Source: Escherichia coli (lineage in GTDB: Bacteria > Pseudomonadota > Gammaproteobacteria > Enterobacterales > Enterobacteriaceae). From it: 64,000 nt of DNA. The notes under the pieces were generated by a model. That model was not told the DNA's origin, ran no database searches, and was given only the letters and a program-made list of their open reading frames with translations. The stretch lies in the NCBI RefSeq assembly GCF_001677475.2, contig NZ_CP015229.1; one strand, given 5' to 3'. Position numbers and translations under genes: made by a program. How positions within the stretch are numbered: the stretch's first letter is position 1; each line of letters starts with the position of its first letter. Of this stretch, positions 25,297 to 36,284 are shown one piece after another.

Positions 25297-26273
25297 TGGC
25301 GACCTCCGCGTAGCAACAAAAGCAGGAAAAACGGTGCGCCAACAAAAGCGGTCAGAATGCCAAGTGGGATTTCTGTTGTTCCAATGCTGCGTGCCAGCGT
25401 ATCGGTAAGCAGGAGCAGAATAGCGCCAGTACACATTGCCATAGGCAACAGCTGCTGATGGTTATGACCGGTCAACAAGCGGGCAATGTGCGGAACGACC
25501 AGACCGATCCAACCAATTATGCCCGCTATTGCTACCGTGCTGGCGGTGATTAGTGTGGCGCAGACAATCAATCCAAAGCGCAGACGCGTCACGTTCAGTC
25601 CCAGAGAACGGGCTTCGTCGTCGGAAAGCGTGAGTAAATTCATGCGCCAGCGGAGAAAAAACAGGGGCAAGGAGCCTATGAGAATGATCGGTGCAGCATA
25701 GCAGAGATCGCGTAAGGTCACGGTGGACAGTCCCCCCAGCAACCAGAAGGTAATTGACGGTAACTGGGTGTAAGGATCGGCCAGCGTTTTAATTAGCGAT
25801 ATCCCCGCTCCGCACAACGTTCCTAACGCAATGCCTACCAGCACCAGGGTTAAGATCGGATCGTGGCGGGTCACCCGACGCGTAATCAACCAGACGCCCG
25901 CGACCACCATCAGCCCGCCGCAAAATGCGTACAGCTGGATGTAAACAATGGATAATCCCCACAGGATTGCCGCGCAGGCACCAAGTCCGGCACCGGCGGA
26001 GACGCCTAAAATATCCGGTGAAACTAAGGGATTACGCAACATTCCCTGATAGGTGGTTCCGGCTCCTGCCAGCGCCGCGCCCAGTAACAGCGCAGCAAGA
26101 ATACGCGGCACGCGGATTTGCCAGAAGACAATTTGTTCCTGCACAGACACATTTTCTTGACGAAGAATTAGCGCCAGCAGTTGCTGCATATCGAGATGAT
26201 AAGCCCCACTTACGGCGGCAAAAGTGATACTGATAGCTGCCAGCAACAAAATACATCCGTTTACGATTCTCAT
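25293..26273 (-). CDS. FecCD-family ABC transporter permease
   Basis: 326 aa polytopic membrane protein; 1 nt overlap with the binding-protein gene. Confidence 0.8.
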   Translation of the reverse strand: MRIVNGCILLLAAISITFAAVSGAYHLDMQQLLALILRQENVSVQEQIVFWQIRVPRILAALLLGAALAGAGTTYQGMLRNPLVSPDILGVSAGAGLGACAAILWGLSIVYIQLYAFCGGLMVVAGVWLITRRVTRHDPILTLVLVGIALGTLCGAGISLIKTLADPYTQLPSITFWLLGGLSTVTLRDLCYAAPIILIGSLPLFFLRWRMNLLTLSDDEARSLGLNVTRLRFGLIVCATLITASTVAIAGIIGWIGLVVPHIARLLTGHNHQQLLPMAMCTGAILLLLTDTLARSIGTTEIPLGILTAFVGAPFFLLLLLRGGRQ

Positions 26274-27316
26274 TAGCTCGCCACCAATTTTTGATAGTCG
26301 GCATCACTGAGTGAACAATGCCAGAACAGTTGGGCGTAATGCTGCATGTCATTTTTAAACTGGCGATTGATGGCGGGCTCCAGCCAGGCGTGAAGTCTAC
26401 GTAATCCCAGAAGACGGTTGATTCCCGGCGGGGCATCCAGCCAGCCAAAGGGCAAGCCACTTAAAAATAAGATGCGTTGTTCCGCAACGGCTTTCACGCC
26501 CTGCCAGAGAGGATCACGACGAATAAAATCTGCAGTAACGGCCTCCTGAACCAGAATAATATCCGGCTGCCAGCGCAGGAGATTTTCCATGGAAACCTGT
26601 GTCAGGCCGTGGCGATCGGCTATTTGCGCGACGTTGTGCAAACCTAATAATTCCGCCGCCTCGGTATGCAACGAACCCTGTAAGCCCGTTTCCAGCCCTC
26701 GGGGACCGCGCGCAGCATAAAAGCGCAGGTTAGCGGCGGGTGAGGTGGCGAATGCCTGAGCTTCACCAACGAAGTGGCTGGCGAGATTGGCTTGTTCTGC
26801 GGCGCGGTGCTCTTCGCCTAACGTTTTGCCAAGCGTTGTTAACTGTTCTGCTGATTGCGCCAGTTTTCCGTTAAGCAATAACCAGGGGATTTGTGTCTGT
26901 TCGCTAACCTGCCGTGCCTGGGAGATCCAGGTTTCATCCGTATTGCCGCAATCAACGACCAAATCGGGATGTAACGCCATAAGCCCTTCCAGCGAGAGTG
27001 TGCTGGCGCGCCCGGCGAGTCGTCCCAGCCTGGGTAACTGGCGAATGTGCTCTGGCAATGGAATTAATGCCTGACGGGCAAAATCAAAAGAGGAAAAACC
27101 GACCATTTTTTCTGGCGCGACAGCCAGCAATAGCAAATCGGCGGGCGCGCCTGCGCTGACGATGCGTGTAATGTTTTGGGCTTCGGGAAGAGATTGCGAA
27201 GCAAAACGATTAACTGTTTGTGAAAAGGACGGTAGAGACTGCAGGAGCAGGGTAGATGCTAGTGCCTGCGCAAACGTCCGTCTGGTTATGGGCATGGTGA
27301 ACATCCTGAAAAGCAA
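26273..27316 (-). CDS. Periplasmic substrate-binding protein (siderophore/cobalamin type)
   Basis: 347 aa with N-terminal signal sequence (start may be the internal MPITRRTFAQ); first gene of the minus-strand operon. Confidence 0.7.
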   Translation of the reverse strand: MLFRMFTMPITRRTFAQALASTLLLQSLPSFSQTVNRFASQSLPEAQNITRIVSAGAPADLLLLAVAPEKMVGFSSFDFARQALIPLPEHIRQLPRLGRLAGRASTLSLEGLMALHPDLVVDCGNTDETWISQARQVSEQTQIPWLLLNGKLAQSAEQLTTLGKTLGEEHRAAEQANLASHFVGEAQAFATSPAANLRFYAARGPRGLETGLQGSLHTEAAELLGLHNVAQIADRHGLTQVSMENLLRWQPDIILVQEAVTADFIRRDPLWQGVKAVAEQRILFLSGLPFGWLDAPPGINRLLGLRRLHAWLEPAINRQFKNDMQHYAQLFWHCSLSDADYQKLVAS

Positions 27317-27644
27317 AATCGATATATACTTGCATATATAGCGATAAAAATCATGTTCAATATCAAAGTTTAGCTATTGAAAACATGAAGATGTGACGAC
27401 TTCCGCAAGCCTGTTGACTCTCTCTATCATTAAAAATGTATTTATCAGGTGGCTAATATTATTTAAATCATTTAAGGCTAAATTATTTAAATATGAATGA
27501 CATTATTGTTTTTTTATCGTCCGCGGTTATGCGATGTTGAAGTTACTTGTTTTATAATGAGCGATTTTTGATATCTCACCGAGAAGATTATCAGCATTCT
27601 CTCGTTTCAGTGTCGTGAATATACTGTTACCGGAGGTAAAAAGA

Positions 27645-28214
27645 ATGCTGGGGGTTATACAAAACCTATGTTGTTGTCGTCCGGACTCACCGCTTGCTGA
27701 TAGTAAGCAGCGTAACCAGAAGTTACCGCAACAAGACTTTGAGGATTTTAAGAACGACGTTATTAACGTCATTAACAACAATGAAAACATTTATTTTCTT
27801 CGAGAGGATAATTTACTGAATGCGTTTATTCGAACGTGCAAAAAAACAGATGATAACAGTTACAGAAATATGATATTTACGCTTTATTTTGATAACGACA
27901 TCTATGGAAACAGGATTATCAAAGCATCGCTGAACGGTGGAGAGTTGCAGTCATTAAGCACAGGGTGTAGCAATGATAACATTCTCCATTTTATTAATGC
28001 ATTTCTCATTCGGGTAAAATTTCCTCTACCTGGACGCATAAAACCGGAACTCTCGCCAAAAGCCGGGCACTCCGAAGGAATTGACGCGTTGCGCTGCTCT
28101 GTAACGGCGTTAACGCAAGCCATTTATTTCGCCAGCGACAATCCGCAGAGAACCAAACGCATCAGGAAACGACTGAGCACAATAAATACTGTATTGATCA
28201 ACATATTATACTGA
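27645..28214 (+). CDS. Hypothetical protein, AT-rich
   Basis: ATG preceded by GGAGG (MLGVIQNLCCCRPDS...); the track ORF begins at an upstream GTG. Asn/Ile-rich, low GC by eye. Confidence 0.45.
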   Translation: MLGVIQNLCCCRPDSPLADSKQRNQKLPQQDFEDFKNDVINVINNNENIYFLREDNLLNAFIRTCKKTDDNSYRNMIFTLYFDNDIYGNRIIKASLNGGELQSLSTGCSNDNILHFINAFLIRVKFPLPGRIKPELSPKAGHSEGIDALRCSVTALTQAIYFASDNPQRTKRIRKRLSTINTVLINILY

Positions 28215-28276
28215 CACCTCCAGCACGCAGTGAGAACACACTGTATCATCAGCGAATCTTACCACTGCGGATCTGG

Positions 28277-28801
28277 TTGAACGACTTTCTGAGCGAAATA
28301 AGTCGGTTCCCGGCAACAACAACAGAATCCTTTTTTAATTATTGTTTCATTGTTTTTGGTGTTGTTCAGAAAATAAATATTTTAGATAGTAGCCAGTCAG
28401 AGGTTAAAAAGGGGGCTAATAGTGAGACGGCTTTGGCTGCGCTTATTGAACATTTAGAATTGCTCAATCCTTCTGACAGATTAAGCCCAAATACCCGTTT
28501 GGCAATGCTTCAGTTACGCGAAGAGGAATGGTCTGAATTCTTTTATTGGTTGCTAAATTCTCTGGAGTGCCTGGATTATGTGATCATTAATTTAACTCCA
28601 GAAAGCAAAAAAACGTTGATGAGCGAACACCGTAACAATATTCAGGTAGCAATTGATGCTTTATATAGCCAACGTCGGCGTAAATCGCCGGGTGATGAAA
28701 GTGAAACACTTACCCGTAGAAATGACGCTATCTTCGGCAACCACATATGGCAAACATTTGCGCAATACTTCCCGCCAGGACTTGAAAAACCGTCTGTGTA
28801 G
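28277..28801 (+). CDS. Hypothetical protein, possibly a YcgY-related remnant or the 3' part of a split gene
   Basis: 174 aa ORF from a TTG start, different frame from the preceding ORF; occupies the K-12 ycgY position. Confidence 0.35.
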   Translation: MNDFLSEISRFPATTTESFFNYCFIVFGVVQKINILDSSQSEVKKGANSETALAALIEHLELLNPSDRLSPNTRLAMLQLREEEWSEFFYWLLNSLECLDYVIINLTPESKKTLMSEHRNNIQVAIDALYSQRRRKSPGDESETLTRRNDAIFGNHIWQTFAQYFPPGLEKPSV

Positions 28802-28879
28802 AAAAAACCATAGATATGGTGTTATCTGCCGACAACGCCATCCGGAGAAGCCGAATGACGTTGTCGGAGTAAGCGCTGG

Positions 28880-30577
28880 TTAAGGTGTGGGTTGTGCCTC
28901 TTTGGTTGAGGGTTGCGTCGTTGCTGACTTAACGGTCGGACGCGTCGCCGGAACATTGTCGCACGGTTGCTCTTTCGGGCAGATCAAATCCAGCATTTTC
29001 AGCGTCACGCCATTGGTCCAGCCAAAGCCATCCTGTAATGGATATTCGCCACCGCCGCCCCCCGTTCCGGTGGTGCTGACATCATATTTTTCCACCAGCT
29101 TTTTCTCCCGGTCATAGGTGTGCTGAACATTGGTCAGGAAGTGCCAGCTAATGTCCATCGCCACCTCTTTTTGCCCGTAGTTTTGTAATCCTTCTGTCGC
29201 GACCCACTGTAACGGTGCCCAGCCATTTGGCGCATCCCATTGTTGCCCACTTTTCACCGACGTGGTGTTCAGGCCGCCGGGTTGCAGCAGATGAGTTTTC
29301 GTCGCCGTCGCCATTTTGCTGGCGCGATCTTTCGCTGCCGCATTGACGTACAGCGGGAACAGGGCGGCAGCGGTTAACTGATTGCGCACTTTATGACTTT
29401 TCAGGTCGTAATCGGCATACCAGCCTTGTTGATCGTTCCACAGGTATTTTTCGATCCCTTTTTGACGGGCATTTGCCAGCGTTTCGTACTGGTTTGCCAT
29501 CGCGTTATCTCCGGCAGCCTTGCTGGCGCGGGCGAGGATTTTTTCCATTTTAAACATCAGGCTGTTCAGATCGACCGGTACGATGCTGGTGGTGCGTAAG
29601 GTATTTAACTGCTGCGGGTTGTCCATCCAGCGCGAGCTGAAATCCCAGCCAGACGCAGCGGCAGAGCGCAGGTCGCGGTAAATTTCAGTGGCAGGTCGAT
29701 TCGGATTGCTTTTGGCGGTGGCAATATCTTCCACCCATGACTCTGGTCGTGGCGTATCGCGATCGTCCCAGTAGCGGTTGAGAAGGGTACCATCCTGAAG
29801 TTTTACAACGCGTTTTTCCTGTTGTCCGGTTTGCAGGTTTTCAACACCGTCCATCCAGTAAGCATATTCTTTTTGCATTTGCGGCAGGTATTGCTTCAAC
29901 GCGGCATCGCCTTCATGCTGCGCCAGTAACTCTACCATCAGGGCAAAGAAGGGCGGTTGCGAGCGGCTTAAATAGTAACTGCGGTTGCCGTTGGGAATAT
30001 GACCGTAAGTGTCTATTTCATGAGCAAAATTGGCCACCATATCCGCGACTTTATCCCAGTGACCGCTTTCGGCAAGTCCTAACATGGTGAAGTAACTGTC
30101 CCAGTAATATACCTCGCGAAAACGTCCGCCTGGCACGACATAAGGTTCCGGCAGCGGTAACAGAGAATCCCATTTTTCGGTGTTTTCGGTAGAACGTGTT
30201 AATACCGGCCAAAGTCCGTCAATATGTTCGCGCAGTGACTGCCCTTCTGGCGGAACATATTTCTCGCCCTCTTTCGGCAGGGTGAAATTAACGTTAACGA
30301 AATGGCGTAGATCAAATCCGCTCTGGTTTTGCTGCATCCGATAATCAGCAAGGATCATCAGCGGATCGCTGTTCGGCACGGCATCGGCAAAGGTTTTTTG
30401 GTCCGGAAAAAGTTTGGCGTTTTGCACATCATTAAACAGCGGCCCTAATAAAATATCAGGCGGCTGTGGCGTTACCGGTGTTTCTTCTGCCTGCACCGAT
30501 AGCGCAGCGAAACACAAAAAGATGCAGGCTGGAATTAACGCCATTTTTAGCGGGCGAGAAGCTGCGGGGGATTTCAT
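28880..30577 (-). CDS. treA: Periplasmic trehalase
   Basis: 565 aa from [21 protein letters not shown]... Confidence 0.95.
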   Translation of the reverse strand: MKSPAASRPLKMALIPACIFLCFAALSVQAEETPVTPQPPDILLGPLFNDVQNAKLFPDQKTFADAVPNSDPLMILADYRMQQNQSGFDLRHFVNVNFTLPKEGEKYVPPEGQSLREHIDGLWPVLTRSTENTEKWDSLLPLPEPYVVPGGRFREVYYWDSYFTMLGLAESGHWDKVADMVANFAHEIDTYGHIPNGNRSYYLSRSQPPFFALMVELLAQHEGDAALKQYLPQMQKEYAYWMDGVENLQTGQQEKRVVKLQDGTLLNRYWDDRDTPRPESWVEDIATAKSNPNRPATEIYRDLRSAAASGWDFSSRWMDNPQQLNTLRTTSIVPVDLNSLMFKMEKILARASKAAGDNAMANQYETLANARQKGIEKYLWNDQQGWYADYDLKSHKVRNQLTAAALFPLYVNAAAKDRASKMATATKTHLLQPGGLNTTSVKSGQQWDAPNGWAPLQWVATEGLQNYGQKEVAMDISWHFLTNVQHTYDREKKLVEKYDVSTTGTGGGGGEYPLQDGFGWTNGVTLKMLDLICPKEQPCDNVPATRPTVKSATTQPSTKEAQPTP

Positions 30578-30895
30578 CAATCATTCTCCTTTGGCGAAAC
30601 CGAATAAAACGGTATTCAAGTATCAGAAAACCTTAGTTCAGGATCGCACTAGCTGCATGATCGAAATCTCATTCTGCGAACGGTCAGGCATTTTAGAAAA
30701 GGGAATTAAAGGGATAAATAACGGCGAAATAGAGTGATCAAATAATGTCTGTTTGTTAGCCAGCCAGCGGCGTTGGGTTCGCGATTAGCGAAGAAAAATC
30801 ATCACAAATTGGTGAAAAATATAACAGGTATTTAAAAACATCCGTGCAGAATAAATTGCCGGATGACATCAGAACGATGCCATCCGAACGGTGGC

Positions 30896-32314
30896 TTAAC
30901 CCTGACGGTTGAAACGTTGCGTTTTAACGTCCAGCGTTAGCGTTTCTTCTGGTTGTATCGCATACAGTTTCTCACCCTGCTGGCAAATCCAGCCAATCCC
31001 CAGCTCACGGGCGATCAGGGCGCTGTGGGATACCGGACTTCCGGCGCTAAGGCAGATACCTTTTACAACCGCCGGATCCAGTTGCAGTACTGTGGAAGGA
31101 TAAATGTTCTCCGTCAGTAGAATAGTTGGCGAGTTAAACTGCGGGAGTTCTTCTTTCGTTTGGGTCAGGTGGACCAGGGTGCGATGCAGAAGATCGTCCA
31201 CATCAATATAGCGAGCTTGTAGATATTCATCATCCAGTTGCTGGTATTGCTGGCTAAGTTCTTTAAGAACTTGCTGCCAGGCATATTCTGCCGTGCAATG
31301 TTCATGCTGAAGGAGTTCGCTTGCCGCCGCTAGCAGCTCCGGATCATCTAACAGTGTATGGTGACCAGAAAAGATTGCGGCAATATCGTCAAGCCCGCTG
31401 GCTTCTGCTTTCGCTGTTAACGTCATCAGATCTAATAACGTGAAGTCAATAGCCTGGCGTAATCGATCTTGTTCTTCTTCCACGGTCAGGGTTGATTTTG
31501 CCTGTACCGTACATAAAACCGGTTGATAATAAAAGGCTTTACCCGAAACAGGCGGAACGGGACGCAGAATAGGTGGAGCAACTTCCTCCGTTTCACCAAA
31601 GTTATCTTCAGCCAGCTGACGGAAAGCGATCAGTGCCTCTTCAGCTTCTGGCCCTTTCGCAATCAGGCGCAGCGTATCGTTATAGCGAACTTGTAGTAGC
31701 GCAATCTGGTTAATACTCTCCGGTGTGACGCATTTGCCGTTTTTCTCCAGCAACATATCGGCATTAAATGTCGATAAGGTATAAACCAGCCGGGAGGCCG
31801 GACGTACATGCAGGCCGTTACGGTTTTTAATGACCACCGCCAGAGAACGGGCTTCTTCATCGTACGGAGGACATGTGCCAGAGATTTCAGTATTGGAGGA
31901 GGGTAAACCCAGTTGTTCACGTTTGGCTTCCAGCGCATGCATGGCGTCAAAGATAACTTTGTCGATATCCGCCCCCGAGGCCGCGCTGACCGTTGCTGCC
32001 AGTGTACCTTCGACCAACGGCGCAGCACACAAACGTACTTTTGCGGCGATGTCGGGAGCCAGCAATTCCAGCGCAGTTTCAGCACTCAATAATGCGCTAC
32101 CCATATCCATCATGACCAGCACATGGTCGGCATCAGCAACAGATTCGATGGCCTCCATCACTTTGACGGCATCGGTTCCAATGGGATTTTGTGGATCGTC
32201 AATTCCCGCGGCAATGGCAATTTTACAATTATCACTCATTAACATCTGACGGGCTAATTCACCGACACCTTCTCCCAGTCGGCTGCTATGTGAAACTATG
32301 ACCAGGTTTACCAT
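30896..32314 (-). CDS. dhaM: Dihydroxyacetone kinase phosphotransferase subunit DhaM
   Basis: 472 aa from MVNLVIVSHSSRLGEG... Confidence 0.9.
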   Translation of the reverse strand: MVNLVIVSHSSRLGEGVGELARQMLMSDNCKIAIAAGIDDPQNPIGTDAVKVMEAIESVADADHVLVMMDMGSALLSAETALELLAPDIAAKVRLCAAPLVEGTLAATVSAASGADIDKVIFDAMHALEAKREQLGLPSSNTEISGTCPPYDEEARSLAVVIKNRNGLHVRPASRLVYTLSTFNADMLLEKNGKCVTPESINQIALLQVRYNDTLRLIAKGPEAEEALIAFRQLAEDNFGETEEVAPPILRPVPPVSGKAFYYQPVLCTVQAKSTLTVEEEQDRLRQAIDFTLLDLMTLTAKAEASGLDDIAAIFSGHHTLLDDPELLAAASELLQHEHCTAEYAWQQVLKELSQQYQQLDDEYLQARYIDVDDLLHRTLVHLTQTKEELPQFNSPTILLTENIYPSTVLQLDPAVVKGICLSAGSPVSHSALIARELGIGWICQQGEKLYAIQPEETLTLDVKTQRFNRQG

Positions 32315-32324
32315 CACCAATTCC

Positions 32325-32957
32325 TTACTCTTTTGCGGCTAACGCCAACATTTGCATCATAAACATCACCGAGGTCGCGCCGGGATCCTGGTGACCAATA
32401 CTGCGTTCACCGAGATAACTGGCGCGGCCTTTGCGGGCTTGCATCGTAATCGTACTTTGTGCAGCGGATTCGGCGATGCTACTGGCAGCTTCGAGCGCCG
32501 CCGGAACAGAGAGATTTTGCTCGCTGGACTGACGTAACGATTCCACCACCGGCACCCAGACATCACACATGGTTTTATCGCCAGGTTCGGCTTTCCCGCG
32601 ACTGATTACGCCTTCCACGCCATCGCGGAACATCTGATAAAGCTCTTCCAGCGTCAGGCTTTGCCGTGCCTGGGTCGCCTGTGCGGCGCGGATAAAGAAG
32701 GTACCGAACAGCGGACCACTGGCACCTCCGACGCTGGAAAGTAGCGTCATACCGGTATTCTTAAGAATGAAACCGATATCTTTATCTGCGATAGCAGGGA
32801 GTTTTTCCACCACTTTGCTAAAGCCTCGGTTCATATTTAGCCCGTGGTCAGCGTCGCCAATTTCGCGATCCAGTCCGGTAAGATACTCGCTCTCGGTGCT
32901 GAAAATATCGCCACAACGAGTGAGCCAGTTAACAATTTGAGTTCTGCTCAGTGACAT
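32325..32957 (-). CDS. dhaL: Dihydroxyacetone kinase ADP-binding subunit DhaL
   Basis: 210 aa from MSLSRTQIVNWLTRCGD... Confidence 0.9.
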   Translation of the reverse strand: MSLSRTQIVNWLTRCGDIFSTESEYLTGLDREIGDADHGLNMNRGFSKVVEKLPAIADKDIGFILKNTGMTLLSSVGGASGPLFGTFFIRAAQATQARQSLTLEELYQMFRDGVEGVISRGKAEPGDKTMCDVWVPVVESLRQSSEQNLSVPAALEAASSIAESAAQSTITMQARKGRASYLGERSIGHQDPGATSVMFMMQMLALAAKE

Positions 32958-32967
32958 AGCTATCTCC

Positions 32968-34038
32968 TTATTTACCCCAGTTAAGGGCCGGGGTGTGGAC
33001 CGGGGCGTCCCAGAGTGCCAGCGTTTCGTCATCAACTTTCAGTAAGGTGATTGAGAAACCGGTCATATCCAGTGAGGTGCAGTACGCGCCAATTAAATTA
33101 CGCTCGATAGTCAATCCCGCTTGCTGGCAACGTGTGGTCAGGCGGTTATAGACGCCGTACAGCTCAGAAAGCGGAGTTGCGCCAAGATTGTTAACCAGCG
33201 CAATCACCCGATCGCCAGACTGGAGCGGTTGTTTAGTTTGTGATTCTTCCTGCCAGCTGCCTTGTTGATAATCCCAGAAACGCAAAGTGCGATGGTATGA
33301 GCCATTTTCCAGCAGGGTGTCGAACATTTCATCGACGGTTTGATCAAGAGAAGAGAAGGGGCGTCGGTCAATACCCGGCTCACCATGAATGCCGACGCCA
33401 AACTCCATCTCATTGTCCGCCAGGGTAAAAGAAGGTTTGCCCGCGGCAGGAACGGTACAGGCACCGAGAGCGATACCTATTGAGTGGCCTTGATTATTCA
33501 ACTTACGCCCCAGTTCCGCACAGGCGTCCAGTGAGTCGCCACGTTCCGCCGCTGCGCCTACGAGTTTTTCAATTAATACGGTGTTGGCAACGCCGCGCCG
33601 CCCGGCGGTATAAAGACTGTCTTTTACTGCAACGTCGTCATCAATCACCACAGTGGTCACTTTTACGCCGCTATCGTGCAGTAACTCGGTCGCTGTTTCA
33701 AAGTTAAGAATATCGCCGGTGTAATTTTTGATAATTAACAGTACACCTTCGCCGCCATCAATTTGCATGGCGCATTCAAAGATTTTATCGGGCGTCGGTG
33801 AGGTGAAAATTTCGCCCGGACAGGCCCCCGAAAGCATCCCCTGACCGATATAACCGCAGTGCATCGGCTCGTGTCCGCTACCGCCACCCGACAGCAGGGC
33901 GACTTTTCCTGCCACGGGGGCATCAGCTCGGGTGACATACACCGGATCCTGATGCAGTGTCAGCGACGGATGCGCTTTCGCCAGTCCTGCCAGTTGTTCG
34001 TCCAGTACGTCTTGCACATCATTGATCAATTTTTTCAT
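32968..34038 (-). CDS. dhaK: Dihydroxyacetone kinase subunit DhaK
   Basis: 356 aa from MKKLINDVQDVLDEQLAGL... Confidence 0.9.
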   Translation of the reverse strand: MKKLINDVQDVLDEQLAGLAKAHPSLTLHQDPVYVTRADAPVAGKVALLSGGGSGHEPMHCGYIGQGMLSGACPGEIFTSPTPDKIFECAMQIDGGEGVLLIIKNYTGDILNFETATELLHDSGVKVTTVVIDDDVAVKDSLYTAGRRGVANTVLIEKLVGAAAERGDSLDACAELGRKLNNQGHSIGIALGACTVPAAGKPSFTLADNEMEFGVGIHGEPGIDRRPFSSLDQTVDEMFDTLLENGSYHRTLRFWDYQQGSWQEESQTKQPLQSGDRVIALVNNLGATPLSELYGVYNRLTTRCQQAGLTIERNLIGAYCTSLDMTGFSITLLKVDDETLALWDAPVHTPALNWGK

Positions 34039-34265
34039 TATTTTGCTCCAGCAATTACGGTAGGGCATGGATGATGTTCAACGACACGGCGACCACTGAC
34101 TGCCGATGAATCCATTGTGCATCAGGCAAGGGAAAAGAAAATTAGCCCAAATTATGTTTCATAGTGAAACATATGCTTTAATGAATGTTCCATATTGAAA
34201 CTTTTACGTGTATTAATACTTAAAATTGCGAGCCGGAACACCTTTTGTCATAAGGGATGCGGGAT

Positions 34266-36185
34266 ATGAGTGGCGCTTTTAACAACGATGGTCGGGGCAT
34301 ATCTCCCTTAATTGCAACCTCCTGGGAGAGATGCAATAAGCTGATGAAACGGGAGACATGGAACGTACCACACCAGGCCCAGGGCGTGACATTTGCTTCG
34401 ATTTATCGGCGTAAGAAAGCGATGCTGACGCTCGGACAGGCTGCGCTGGAAGATGCCTGGGAATATATGGCACCGCGAGAGTGTGCGTTGCTTATCCTCG
34501 ATGAAACCGCCTGCATTCTCAGCCGTAATGGCGATCCGCAAACCTTGCAGCAGCTAAGTGCACTGGGATTCAATGACGGCACGTATTGCGCCGAGGGAAT
34601 TATTGGTACTTGTGCGCTATCGTTAGCGGCTATCTCTGGTCAGGCCGTGAAAACGATGGCCGATCAACATTTCAAACAGGCACTCTGGAACTGGGCCTTT
34701 TGTGCAACGCCGTTGTTTGACAGCAAGGGCCGATTGACGGGAACAATAGCGCTGGCGTGTCCGGTTGAGCAAACTACCGCAGCTGATTTGCCGTTGACGT
34801 TGGCAATCGCCCGCGAGGTCGGTAATTTACTGCTGACGGACAGTTTGCTCGCTGAAACTAACCGTCATTTAAATCAACTTAATGCCCTGTTAGAAAGTAT
34901 GGATGATGGCGTGATTAGCTGGGACGAGCAGGGTAATTTGCAATTTATTAATGCCCAGGCGGCGCGGGTCTTGCGCCTTGACGCGACGGCAAGTCAGGGA
35001 CGGGCAATCACTGAACTCTTAACGTTACCCGCCGTATTGCAACAAGCAATAAAACAGGCACATCCGCTCAAACACGTAGAAGCAACCTTTGAAAGCCAGC
35101 ACCAGTTTATTGATGCGGTGATAACCCTTAAACCGATAATAGAAACGCAGGGAACCAGCTTTATTTTGTTGCTTCATCCTGTGGAACAGATGCGGCAGTT
35201 GATGACCAGTCAATTAGGAAAAGTCAGCCATACCTTCGCTCATATGCCACAGGACGATCCGCAAACCCGCCGTTTGATTCATTTTGGTCGCCAGGCGGCG
35301 CGCAGTAGCTTTCCTGTCCTGCTTTGTGGAGAAGAAGGCGTGGGCAAGGCACTGCTAAGTCAGGCAATTCATAATGAAAGCGAGCGTGCTGCAGGTCCTT
35401 ATATCGCCGTCAATTGTGAGTTATATGGTGATGCGGCGCTGGCGGAAGAATTTATTGGTGGCGATCGCACGGACAATGAAAATGGCCGTCTGAGTCGGCT
35501 GGAACTGGCGCACGGCGGCACGCTGTTTCTTGAAAAGATTGAATATCTGGCGGTGGAGTTACAGTCTGCTTTGCTTCAGGTTATCAAGCAGGGTGTTATT
35601 ACGCGACTGGATGCGCGGCGTTTAATAGCAATTGATGTCAAAGTGATTGCCACAACGACCGCGGACCTCGCAATGCTGGTGGAACAAAATCGTTTTAGTC
35701 GCCAGCTGTATTACGCGTTGCATGCATTTGAAATTACCATCCCGCCTCTGCGTATGCGGCGTGGAAGCATTCCAGCGTTGGTGACTAACAAATTACGCAG
35801 TCTTGAAAAACGCTTCTCTACGCGGCTGAAAATTGATGACGATGCCCTCGCTCGCCTGGTTTCTTGTGCATGGCCAGGAAACGATTTTGAACTTTACAGC
35901 GTCATCGAGAATCTTGCTCTGAGTAGTGATAACGGGCGCATTCGCGTCAGTGATTTGCCGGAACATCTGTTTACCGAGCAGGCGACAGATGATGTCAGCG
36001 CCACACGCCTTTCCACCAGTCTGTCATTTGCGGAAGTTGAAAAAGAGGCAATTATTAACGCAGCCCAGGTCACAGGCGGTCGCATTCAGGAAATGTCGGC
36101 TTTACTTGGAATCGGCCGCACTACGCTGTGGCGGAAAATGAAGCAACATAGCATTGATGCAGGGCAGTTTAAGCGCCGGGTATGA
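34266..36185 (+). CDS. dhaR: dha operon transcriptional activator DhaR (AAA+ enhancer-binding protein)
   Basis: 639 aa from MSGAFNNDGRGISPL...; divergent from dhaKLM. Confidence 0.9.
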   Translation: MSGAFNNDGRGISPLIATSWERCNKLMKRETWNVPHQAQGVTFASIYRRKKAMLTLGQAALEDAWEYMAPRECALLILDETACILSRNGDPQTLQQLSALGFNDGTYCAEGIIGTCALSLAAISGQAVKTMADQHFKQALWNWAFCATPLFDSKGRLTGTIALACPVEQTTAADLPLTLAIAREVGNLLLTDSLLAETNRHLNQLNALLESMDDGVISWDEQGNLQFINAQAARVLRLDATASQGRAITELLTLPAVLQQAIKQAHPLKHVEATFESQHQFIDAVITLKPIIETQGTSFILLLHPVEQMRQLMTSQLGKVSHTFAHMPQDDPQTRRLIHFGRQAARSSFPVLLCGEEGVGKALLSQAIHNESERAAGPYIAVNCELYGDAALAEEFIGGDRTDNENGRLSRLELAHGGTLFLEKIEYLAVELQSALLQVIKQGVITRLDARRLIAIDVKVIATTTADLAMLVEQNRFSRQLYYALHAFEITIPPLRMRRGSIPALVTNKLRSLEKRFSTRLKIDDDALARLVSCAWPGNDFELYSVIENLALSSDNGRIRVSDLPEHLFTEQATDDVSATRLSTSLSFAEVEKEAIINAAQVTGGRIQEMSALLGIGRTTLWRKMKQHSIDAGQFKRRV

Positions 36186-36284
36186 AAGACAGAAACGATT
36201 TCTGATACATCAGAGTGATCTATATTTCATTCCGGCGCACGTTAACATTTTTCAGCATCGTTTAAGGGTTTGTCTATCCCGCAC

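Noticed and set aside
24538-25434. Long N-terminal extension of the ABC ATPase ORF (298 aa in the track)
   Set aside because: The extension overlaps the permease gene in another frame; the GTG that overlaps the permease stop (GTGA) gives a normal-length ATPase with Walker A near the N-terminus.
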